Positions 46,779-55,251 of a stretch of DNA of 64,000 nucleotides are shown here, one piece after another. Origin of the DNA: Myxococcota bacterium (GTDB lineage Bacteria > Myxococcota_A > Polyangia > Nannocystales > Nannocystaceae); NCBI GenBank assembly GCA_039028615.1, contig JBCCHT010000015.1, positions 96,001-160,000 on the forward strand, given 5' to 3'. The position numbers and the translations under genes were made by a program. Within the stretch, counting starts at the first letter, position 1, and each line of letters begins with the position of its first letter. The notes beneath the pieces are model-generated. The model saw nothing but the letters and a program-made list of their open reading frames with translations. It made no database searches and was not told the origin of the DNA.

Positions 46779-47801
46779 ATGTGCCGTGCTCAGGCTTTTT
46801 CTTCCCTTTGTGCCTTGCTGCTGAGTGCGGGTTGCTTCGACCCGCAAGACTCCGATCCGGGGTCCTCCGACAGCACGAGCAATGCCTCCACGACCTCCGT
46901 CGGAGCCACCTCCGTAGACTCGCCCATGCCCGGCTCGAGCACGACGGAGTCCCCGGGAGGGCACACCGACGCCTCCACTTCGGGCGTTGCCCCGACGGAT
47001 ACCGAGGCCGATCCCGACACTTCGGGCGACGGCGGTTCGAGCAGCGGCAGTCCATCCAGCTGCGGTGACACGCCGGGCATGGTGTGTGTGTTCGCGGGCG
47101 AGTTCATTCGCGGCAGCGACGACCCGCGGGTCCCCTCGGACGAGGTTCCACAGACGACGATTTTCCTCGACGAGTTCGAGATCGACGAGTTCGAGGTCAC
47201 GGTGGCCGAGTACGTCGCTTGCTTCGAGGCGGGGGCGTGCTCCGAGCCCGGCGATGCCTTCGGCGACGGTTCGGACTGCAACTGGATGCGCGCCGGGCTG
47301 GACGAGCACCCCATCAACTGCATCGACTGGTTTCAGGCCGACGACTACTGCACGTGGGCGGACAAGCGCCTCCCGACCGAGGCCGAGTGGGAGAAGGCGG
47401 CGCGCGGTGTCGATGGCCGTACCCACCCTTGGGGCGAGGATGAGCCCACCTGCAACCTCGCGGTCATGAACGACGGCGGCTTCGGCTGCGGTATTGGAAC
47501 CCCCTCGCTTCCCGTGGGCAGCCGCTCGCCCGACGGGGACTCGCCCTACGGCCTCAAGGACGCGGCCGGGAACGTGTGGGAGTGGGTCGCGGACTGGTAC
47601 GACCCCGAATACTACCCGCGAGCACCGACCGAAAACCCGATGGGCCCGGGTAACGGCACGGCCAAGATCGTGCGCGGGGGAGGGTGGATCAACACCCACG
47701 ACTCGGCGAATACCGGGCTGCGCATGGCGGACCGGGCGGAGAGCAACCCCGTCAACGGCTCGACGGTCTACGGCATCCGCTGCGCACGTACGCCCCGGTA
47801 G
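46779..47801 (+). CDS. Formylglycine-generating enzyme (SUMF1) domain lipoprotein
   Basis: FEVTVAEY, HPINCIDW, RLPTEAEWEKAARG, DAAGNVWEW, RGGGW, GIRCA. Confidence 0.92.
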   Translation: MCRAQAFSSLCALLLSAGCFDPQDSDPGSSDSTSNASTTSVGATSVDSPMPGSSTTESPGGHTDASTSGVAPTDTEADPDTSGDGGSSSGSPSSCGDTPGMVCVFAGEFIRGSDDPRVPSDEVPQTTIFLDEFEIDEFEVTVAEYVACFEAGACSEPGDAFGDGSDCNWMRAGLDEHPINCIDWFQADDYCTWADKRLPTEAEWEKAARGVDGRTHPWGEDEPTCNLAVMNDGGFGCGIGTPSLPVGSRSPDGDSPYGLKDAAGNVWEWVADWYDPEYYPRAPTENPMGPGNGTAKIVRGGGWINTHDSANTGLRMADRAESNPVNGSTVYGIRCARTPR

Positions 47802-47879
47802 ATCATCGCCGCCCCGCGGGCGGCTCGCGCATCGCTGCCTCTCGACGGCTGCGGTTTGGCCCACGGTGCCAGCTGCAGC

Positions 47880-48494
47880 CGTCGTTTTTTGTTGTCGGTG
47901 GTGGTTTGTTTGCTGGTGAGAGCTCGTTCGTTGAATTGTTCAATTGTCGATATTGGCTATTTGATGAATTGAATGATCGTTAATTGGTCAATTGAAACCG
48001 CCTGCACCTGTGCTTTCAATCGCAATGCCATCGCACGGGTTCCCCTCGATGGAAGAGGTGAGGTCTTGGTCGGGATCGAAACCGGCCTGCGGGTTTAGTC
48101 GTGCTCGAAGTCGAGCGATTTGAAATCGAGACTCTATGGTGCTTCAGGTGCTCGAATTCGGCAGTTTTAATAGACGGGCGGTTTCGTCCTGATTTCAATG
48201 TCGGCCGAAATGCAGGAACGCTCTCGAGGAGGTGATCGGATCGTCCCAACATAGGACGTCGTCCATCGGGCTTGCGAAAGTGGCCATGGATTTCACAAGT
48301 GCTCGAAATATTTCACTCGTCGATCATACGTTGTTTGTCCGCGGTGATGCCCGCATTTGAATAGTTTCCGAGCTCATGTGCGATTGGTGATTGCTCCTGG
48401 ACCGAGGCTGGGCGTACTGTCGGGTCGGTCGTCGAGCAGGGGGCACTCTACGCACCCACCCGGTCCCCTTCCCCCAAGGACAGGCTGACAACGT
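47880..48494. promoter_or_regulatory. Long, partly AT-rich non-coding region upstream of the eCIS operon
   Basis: About 690-bp gap with no credible ORF; T/A-rich 47885-48025 with repeated AATTG units. Confidence 0.5.
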
Positions 48495-50231
48495 ATGGCA
48501 TCCGCACCACCCGTCACGGTGAGCTATCCCGGAGTCTATCTCCAGGAGGTCACGAATACCGCCGTCAATGTGACCCCGGCATCCACCTCGGACGCCGCAT
48601 TCATCGATTGGTTCCCGCAGGGGCCCACCGATGAGGCGGTGCAGATCACGAGCTTGCAGGAGTTCAACAGCACCTTCGGGGGCCTGAACTGGAACTCGCC
48701 GGCCAGCTACGCCATCCAGCAGTTCTTCCTCAACGGCGGGTCGGTGGCCTGGGTCGTCCGCATCGTGCCGAGTTCGACCACGACTCCCGCCGCCGGGCGA
48801 GCAGCCGTGGCGGCCAGCCTCTCGTTCGACTTCAGCCAGACCTCGCCTCCCGTCGTGACCAGCAGCCCCCCGGGTGCGCCCTCGGTCATCACGTTCTCCG
48901 CCAATAGCGAAGGCACGTGGGGCAACTCGTACGGGGTTCAGTTCACGCCCACGCCCGCCTCGATGGCGCCGGCCGGCGTTCAGGACCCGTTCAACCTCAC
49001 CATTCAGCAGAACGTGGGCACCACCGCCAAGCCGATCTGGGCGGTGGTCGAGAGCTACTACAACGTCACGCTCGACCCCACGAGCCCGAACTACATCGTG
49101 AATGTGGTCACCCAGGGGTCGAACTTCGTGGTCGCCACGGCGGCCACGGGCAGCGTGCGCAGCCAGGCCGCAAAGTTCAGCACCCCGAGCGCCCCCGTGA
49201 ACCCCGAGGCGCTGGAGAACGGCGACGATGGCCAGTGGGGCTCGAGCTCCGCGAACGCGGCGGCCGCCTACGCTGCCTCGGTCGAGGCGCAGGTCACCAC
49301 CGGTTCCGCGTTGCTCGACGGCATCGCGCCCAACCACTTCAACATCATGTGCTTGCCGGGGGTGAGCCTGCTGAGCACCAACTCGCAGGAGGCACCCCTG
49401 ACGGCGGCGTTGCAGTACTGCCAAGACAATCAGGCGTTCCTCATCGTCGATCCGTCGCCGCCCACCAACATCACCCAGACCATCGGCAACCCCAGCTTCT
49501 TCAGCACCAGCTCCTTCGTCGACGACGTGAGTCAGATGGTCGACTGGGCGGCTTCGTGGACCAACGCCGAGAACATCGCGGGGGCGACCTATTATCCCTG
49601 GCTGCTCGTTCCCGATCCGCTCAACCAGAACAACCCGCGCCTGGTGCCACCCAGCGGCACGATCGCGGGGATCTACGCGGCTACCGACGCCTCGCGGGGC
49701 GTGTGGAAGGCTCCGGCGGGGGTCGACGCGGTGCTCGGCGGCATCCTGGGGTTGGCCGATGCCACGCTGACCGACACCGACAGCGGCACGCTCAATACCC
49801 TGGGCATCAACGCCCTGCGCACGTTCCCGATCTACGGCAACGTGGTCTGGGGCACGCGAACCCTGGCGGGGGCCGATCTGCTGCAGAGCTCGTTCAAGTA
49901 CGTCGACGTGCGGCGGCTGACCGACTTCATCGAGCAGAGCCTCACCCAGAGCCTCAAGTGGGCGGTGTTCGAGCCCAACGCCGCGCCGCTGTGGGCCACC
50001 ATCACCTCGGAGGTCAGCGCGTTCATGGCCTCGCTGTACACCGACGGGGCGTTCGGAGGGTCGACGGCGGCCCAGGCCTATCAAGTGTTGTGCGACGCGA
50101 CCACGACGACGCCGACCGACATCGAAAACGGCATCGTCAACGTGGTGGTGGCGTTCCAGCCGGTACTCCCGGCCGAGTTCGTCGTCCTCCAGATCCAGAT
50201 CAACTCTCCCACCACCGCGACCTCGCCCTAG
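48495..50231 (+). CDS. Contractile tail sheath protein (eCIS, Afp2-4-like)
   Basis: SYPGVYLQEV, FFLNGG, YYPWL, PPSG..AG..A..D..RGVWKAPA, WGTRTL, YVDVRRL, WAVFEPN, PAEFV. Confidence 0.95.
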   Translation: MASAPPVTVSYPGVYLQEVTNTAVNVTPASTSDAAFIDWFPQGPTDEAVQITSLQEFNSTFGGLNWNSPASYAIQQFFLNGGSVAWVVRIVPSSTTTPAAGRAAVAASLSFDFSQTSPPVVTSSPPGAPSVITFSANSEGTWGNSYGVQFTPTPASMAPAGVQDPFNLTIQQNVGTTAKPIWAVVESYYNVTLDPTSPNYIVNVVTQGSNFVVATAATGSVRSQAAKFSTPSAPVNPEALENGDDGQWGSSSANAAAAYAASVEAQVTTGSALLDGIAPNHFNIMCLPGVSLLSTNSQEAPLTAALQYCQDNQAFLIVDPSPPTNITQTIGNPSFFSTSSFVDDVSQMVDWAASWTNAENIAGATYYPWLLVPDPLNQNNPRLVPPSGTIAGIYAATDASRGVWKAPAGVDAVLGGILGLADATLTDTDSGTLNTLGINALRTFPIYGNVVWGTRTLAGADLLQSSFKYVDVRRLTDFIEQSLTQSLKWAVFEPNAAPLWATITSEVSAFMASLYTDGAFGGSTAAQAYQVLCDATTTTPTDIENGIVNVVVAFQPVLPAEFVVLQIQINSPTTATSP

Positions 50232-50243
50232 GAGTCACGACCC

Positions 50244-50777
50244 ATGGCAAGCACAACCATTTCCACCAGTCGCGTCGATCCGTTCCTGACCTACAACTTC
50301 CAGGTCAAGTGGGACAACAACTACGTCGCGGCGGTGAGCAAGGCCAGCGGCCTCAGCCGCACGACCGATGTCGTTCCGTTTCGCTCGGGCGGGCAGCCGC
50401 AGAGCATGTACAAGATCCCGGGGCAGACCGACTACGGCGCGCTGACCCTGGAGCAGGGGGTCACCTTCGACACTACGTTCGAGCAGTGGGCCAACAAGGT
50501 CTGGTACTACCCCAATACCTCGAAGTTCGGGCAGGAGGTCTCGCTCAAGGACTTCCGCAAGAACCTGCAGCTCGAGATGTACAACCAGGCCGGGCAGCTG
50601 GTCATGCGGTACAACATCTACAACTGCTGGCCGTCGGAGTACACGCCGCTGCCCGAGCTGAGCGCCGAGGCCAACGTGGTGGCGTTCGCCAGTCTCACGC
50701 TGCAAAACGAGGGCTGGTCACGCGACACGTCGGTCACGCCACCCACGCTGCCCAGCTTCAACGAGCCTTCGAACTGA
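50244..50777 (+). CDS. Tail tube protein (T4 gp19-like, Afp1/5)
   Basis: DPFLTYNFQVKWD, KIPGQTDY..LTLEQGVT, FEQWA, CWPSEY, LQNEGW. Confidence 0.93.
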   Translation: MASTTISTSRVDPFLTYNFQVKWDNNYVAAVSKASGLSRTTDVVPFRSGGQPQSMYKIPGQTDYGALTLEQGVTFDTTFEQWANKVWYYPNTSKFGQEVSLKDFRKNLQLEMYNQAGQLVMRYNIYNCWPSEYTPLPELSAEANVVAFASLTLQNEGWSRDTSVTPPTLPSFNEPSN

Positions 50778-50787
50778 GCCTCGCGTC

Positions 50788-51531
50788 ATGACGGCGCTCG
50801 GTTCCGAACAGCTCCTGCAGACGTGGGAGCGAGCGCAGGCGCATGGACCCATCGAGCGGGCACTGGTGCTGTTGTCCCAGGCCCGCACGCACTGGGATCG
50901 CGATCGCTTGCGCCACGTGCCGCTGGGGCAGCGCGATCGATGCGTGCTGGAGCTGCGCGAGCAGCTGGTCGGCACGCGGGTCCAAGGGCATCTTCGCTGC
51001 CCGGCGTGCGGCGAGCTGCTCGAGTTCTCCGTCGATCTGGCCCAGCTGCTGTTCGCCGCGCTGCCGGAACACCCCTCGTCGCCTACGGTGGAGCTGGCGG
51101 TTCGAGACTACGAAGTGCAGGCGCGGGCTCCGAATAGCGAGGACATGGCGCTGGCCTCGTGTCGGCACGATGTCGAGGCGGCGCGGGGCTTGTTGCTGCG
51201 GCGATGTGTGCTCTCGGCTCGCCGCGAGGGCGTCGCGGTCGAGCCGAGCGAGCTGCCAGACGAGGTCGTGCACGAAATCGGAGAGGCGATCCTGCGCGAG
51301 GATCCGCAGGCCGAGGTCTATCTCGATTTGTCGTGTGCCCGCTGCGGGGCCGCGGTCCACAGCCTCTTCGACGCGCCCGCGTTCGTGTGGGGCGAGCTCG
51401 ACGAGATGGCCGAGACGCTCCTGGAGGAGGTCGAAGTCCTCGCCCGCGAGTACGGGTGGCGCGAGGTCGACATCTTGGCCATGACCCCCACTCGGCGGCG
51501 GCGCTACATGGAGCGGTGCCGCGATGGATGA
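50788..51531 (+). CDS. eCIS conserved protein with two Zn-ribbons (probable assembly chaperone)
   Basis: PLGQRD, CPACG, CARCG, C-terminal EVEVLAREYGWREVDILAM...RRRRY. Confidence 0.75.
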   Translation: MTALGSEQLLQTWERAQAHGPIERALVLLSQARTHWDRDRLRHVPLGQRDRCVLELREQLVGTRVQGHLRCPACGELLEFSVDLAQLLFAALPEHPSSPTVELAVRDYEVQARAPNSEDMALASCRHDVEAARGLLLRRCVLSARREGVAVEPSELPDEVVHEIGEAILREDPQAEVYLDLSCARCGAAVHSLFDAPAFVWGELDEMAETLLEEVEVLAREYGWREVDILAMTPTRRRRYMERCRDG

Positions 51532-54019
51532 TCTGTTCGAGCGGTTGGCTCGACGGGCACTCGGCCTGACTTCCGGGGTCGTCAAGCCGGGGCGGGCGCT
51601 TCCCTTCTCGCAGGGCGCGGCCCCGCAGGAGGAGCTGGGGTCGTTGCTCGGCGGCGTGGCGGAGCGACGGCCGGGGCAGCGGCCCGTGTTGCCGGCGTTG
51701 CGGGATCGCCAGGTCGCGGACGCGGCGGAGCTAGGGCGGCCGGCAGACCCCGGGCGGGTGGACCTGCCGGGGCTCGAGGAACTCGGGCGGTCGCAGGGGA
51801 GTGATGGTGAGCGGTCGGAACGGCAGCCTCCCGCGGAAGAAACCGTCACGCCGAGTTCGGTCGAGGCGTCGGAGCCTGCGGAGACCTCGAAGCCCGCGGA
51901 GACCGAATCGAGGGCGGCGGAGCGAGGAGAGGGCAGGGCTCGGGAGGCCGAGGAGCGCCGGACCACGGAACGGAGGGCCGAGCGCGAGGAGCCGACCGCC
52001 GATCGGGGAGCCCGGGGGCGAACGGATGCCGAGGTCGAGCCGGTCGAGAGTGACGGGCGAGAGGGCTCGACGTCGAAGCGGGAACCTCGAGGTAAGGAGC
52101 CGAGTGCCGAATCGAGGGCGGCCGACGAGGGCGTTGGGCAGCGCCGGTTGTCGAAGTCGCGGCGGACGGCTCGGGAAACCTCGAGGGGACCCTCGGACGA
52201 GGGGGTAGGGCGATCGGCCGACCGCGTGCCCGCCGAGAAGGCGACCCGCGGCGAAGGAGCCGACGCGCTCGGGAGCGTCCGTGACACGGCGAGAACCGAA
52301 ACACGGGAGAACGTCGAAGCACCACGACGAGGGGCGCATTCTCCCGAAGCCGAACTGCCCGCGAAGGCGGGTGCTCGGGCGAAGGTCGAAGCACCGAAGG
52401 GGGTCGGTCGTCCCGCGAACGCCCGGCTGCCTGCGATGGGCAACGGTGTCGAGCGCGTTGGGGTACCTGCGGATATCAACGAGTCGCTCGACGCCATCGA
52501 GCGCATCGATGATGGGGAGCCGTTGACCGCCAGGGAGCCGGCGAAAAGGTCGGCCCCGGCGAAGGCCGCGGACTCGAGTTCACTCGATGCTCCCGTTGCA
52601 GTCGAGTTGGGCACGGGCGATCGGACGTCGACTTCAAACAACCCCACGTCTGGCGATTCACGCTCGCGGCCTGGCGCGGCTGAGGCGGCTCTGGGCCATG
52701 AGGCAGCGAGGGCCGAAGCCGTTCCTCCGGGAGTGCCGGACCACGCAGCGGAGCGACCCGCGGATAAATCCGAGGCGAGGCGGGGCGATGCTGCTTCGCC
52801 GTCGGCCTTGCGGGATCGACAGCGCGGGCGGGAGCAGGGCGCCGATACTGCGGCTCGAGAACCACTGCGGTCGGAATCGGCTCGAGCGGTCCTGCGCGAT
52901 CGGGTGAAGCCGGCCGAGCTGGAGTCGCCCCGGCGTTCCTTCGAGCGCGACGGGGCCAGGCCTTCGCCAGATCGAACCGCCAGCTCGGAGGTTGCGCCCG
53001 TCGTTGCTCCGACGGAGGCTCAGAGTGGACAGGCGACCGTCGAGCCTTCCGACCAGGCCTCCGCTACGCATCCCCGCGAGGCGCTGCCGGATGCGCGGCC
53101 GTCACCCCGGGCACGGCGTGCCGCGGATCGATCGACCATGAGCGAGTCGGCCGACGATCCTCGCACCCGGATGCCGGCCGGTACCCCGGAGTCCCGAGGA
53201 GAAGGGGCCGCTGCGCCGCGGCCCCGCGCCCAGGCCCCAGACCACGCTCGCCTCGAGAACGCCGAGCCGCCCGAGTCGCTCGAACAACGCCTCTCGACCC
53301 ACAGGGAGGGTCCTCGCCGAGAACAGAGCACACCTACGCTCCAGGCGCCCCGGCACGACTCGCCGTTGCCCGTCGATCCCGTGGTGCAACGCGTCGCTCG
53401 TCGGAACGGCGAGGCGGACGTCGGTGGCGAGGCCTTCGACCGGCCGCGCGCGACCGAGTCCAGTGCACCCTCGGCCGCCCGAGCGGGTCGTCGGTCTTCC
53501 GCGCTGCAACAACCGACCCGCGTTCCCGAACTCACCGATCGCAGCGAGCGAGCGAGCACTCCTGGGCCTACGGAGCGACTGCCCTCGATTGCGGTGGAGT
53601 CGACCGAACTCGCTGATGCCCCACGTCGCCCGCAGCCCCCCGAGCCCAGCCCGCGCGCGAAGACGAAACACCCGCCGACGGAGCCGCGCTCGCGGTGGGT
53701 CTCCGTGCCCGACGTGAGCGCCACGGTCCCCACCTCCCGCGCGTCCGAACCCACGACGACCGCGCCCCGACCTCGTGCCGTCGAGGAGCGAACCTCCGCC
53801 GTATCTCCGTCCCAACCAACCCTCGCCGCGGTACGAACCCAGACCCGTCGCGAGCGCTCCAATCCCTCGAAGCCCAAGGACGCCCCGGTCCAAGTCCACA
53901 TCGGGGTCATCGAGGTCGTCACGATGGACGGCGCCGCGACCCCCGGACTTCGCGCTCCCTCCCGCCAGGCCCCCGTGTCGCTCGCCGACTACCTCGCTCG
54001 TAGGAGGGGTCGCGGATGA
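51524..54019 (+). CDS. Long low-complexity eCIS protein (putative tape-measure/ruler)
   Basis: Ordered ends MDDLFERLARRA and VQVHIGVIEV...SLADYLARR around a disordered R/E/P/S/A core; overlaps both neighbours. Confidence 0.65.
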   Translation: MDDLFERLARRALGLTSGVVKPGRALPFSQGAAPQEELGSLLGGVAERRPGQRPVLPALRDRQVADAAELGRPADPGRVDLPGLEELGRSQGSDGERSERQPPAEETVTPSSVEASEPAETSKPAETESRAAERGEGRAREAEERRTTERRAEREEPTADRGARGRTDAEVEPVESDGREGSTSKREPRGKEPSAESRAADEGVGQRRLSKSRRTARETSRGPSDEGVGRSADRVPAEKATRGEGADALGSVRDTARTETRENVEAPRRGAHSPEAELPAKAGARAKVEAPKGVGRPANARLPAMGNGVERVGVPADINESLDAIERIDDGEPLTAREPAKRSAPAKAADSSSLDAPVAVELGTGDRTSTSNNPTSGDSRSRPGAAEAALGHEAARAEAVPPGVPDHAAERPADKSEARRGDAASPSALRDRQRGREQGADTAAREPLRSESARAVLRDRVKPAELESPRRSFERDGARPSPDRTASSEVAPVVAPTEAQSGQATVEPSDQASATHPREALPDARPSPRARRAADRSTMSESADDPRTRMPAGTPESRGEGAAAPRPRAQAPDHARLENAEPPESLEQRLSTHREGPRREQSTPTLQAPRHDSPLPVDPVVQRVARRNGEADVGGEAFDRPRATESSAPSAARAGRRSSALQQPTRVPELTDRSERASTPGPTERLPSIAVESTELADAPRRPQPPEPSPRAKTKHPPTEPRSRWVSVPDVSATVPTSRASEPTTTAPRPRAVEERTSAVSPSQPTLAAVRTQTRRERSNPSKPKDAPVQVHIGVIEVVTMDGAATPGLRAPSRQAPVSLADYLARRRGRG

Positions 54020-55251
54020 GCAACTATCAGGCCGTCGCGGTGGTCACCGCCACCTTGCGCTACCTCCTGCACGAGGCGGTCAAGAACGCCCTGCCGGAGG
54101 CGCAGGTCACCCTCAAGCGTCCAGAGGAGGACGGAGGAGGAGCCGACCGCGATCGACCTCGGATCAACCTGTTTTTGTTCCAGACCCTGGACAGCCCCAC
54201 TGCGCGCAACTCCGACCTGCCCACGCGAAACCCGGGCGGTGGCTTGACCCGTCGCCCTCGCGTCGCCCTGAATCTCAACTACCTGCTGACCTTCTTCGGG
54301 GACGCGGAGAACAGCCACCTGTTGCTCGGGCTGGCCACCACCGCGCTACACCAGCATGCGTTCCTGACTCCGCAGGACATCCAGGATGCGACGAGCAGCA
54401 AGCCGTCGCTCCAAGGCTCGGGGCTCGATCAGCAACAGCCACCGGTTCGGGTGGCGCCGCTGACCTTCTCCTTCGACGAGTTCTCGAAGTTCTGGTCGGG
54501 CTTCTTTCAGATCCCGTACTCACTCTCCGTGGCGTACCAGGCCTCGGTGGTGCTGATGGACAGCCCCATCGAGCCCGTCGCCACCTTGCCCGTACGCCAG
54601 GTGGGCTCGCGTGGAGTCCCACGGCCCACGCCCCGGCTGGGACCTCTGGCTCCGGTCTCGTTTCCCGCCAGTGGTGCACCGCCGACGATCGACGTCGAGG
54701 GCGATGGGCTGGTTCGCGGCGACATGCTCGAGGTCGGTGGCACGCTGCTCACCATCGGCGCGGGGCCGAGCGGTGGGTTGTCGGTCACGCTCCCTGCAAC
54801 GCTCTCACCCGGCCCGCACCCGGTTCGCGTGGGCATCACCGTGTCGCTGGGTAACCCACCCACGCCGCATACGGTGCTCTCGTCCACCGAGCGAGAGCTG
54901 AAGGTCCGTCCCACCATCGCGACCATCAGTTTCAACGCGGCCACGCCTGCGGTCGTGTTTCCTCCCTCGCCGGGGGCTCCGGCCACGATCACGGTGCAGG
55001 TGGTGCCGCCATTGCGTGCGGGGCAAGTGGCGACGCTCTCGCTGTTTCCCACGGCGACCTCGCCTGGAGCCGGAGCGAAGTCGCTGGTCCTCGACGGCGC
55101 GACACAGGAAACCCCTGGCGTGCTCTCCATCGCCGTGCCCGCCAACGTGACCGGGACCTTCTTCGCCCGGCTCGGTGTCGACGGGGTGGACTCCGAGCTC
55201 GGGGTCGACAGCAGCGGCCGCTTCACGGGACCGGAGGTCACGATCCCATGA
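54016..55251 (+). CDS. DUF4255 / Pvc16-Afp16-like tail terminator (cap) protein with C-terminal Ig-like extension
   Basis: MSNYQAVAVVTATLRYLL, INLFLF, RNSDLP, LNLNYLLT, KFWS, SVAYQASVVL. Confidence 0.85.
   Translation: MSNYQAVAVVTATLRYLLHEAVKNALPEAQVTLKRPEEDGGGADRDRPRINLFLFQTLDSPTARNSDLPTRNPGGGLTRRPRVALNLNYLLTFFGDAENSHLLLGLATTALHQHAFLTPQDIQDATSSKPSLQGSGLDQQQPPVRVAPLTFSFDEFSKFWSGFFQIPYSLSVAYQASVVLMDSPIEPVATLPVRQVGSRGVPRPTPRLGPLAPVSFPASGAPPTIDVEGDGLVRGDMLEVGGTLLTIGAGPSGGLSVTLPATLSPGPHPVRVGITVSLGNPPTPHTVLSSTERELKVRPTIATISFNAATPAVVFPPSPGAPATITVQVVPPLRAGQVATLSLFPTATSPGAGAKSLVLDGATQETPGVLSIAVPANVTGTFFARLGVDGVDSELGVDSSGRFTGPEVTIP

Noticed and set aside
47684..48252. Small ORFs 47684-47983 (+) and 48016-48252 (-) upstream of the eCIS
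   Set aside because: Atypical codon usage, no RBS or motifs. More likely non-coding regulatory DNA.
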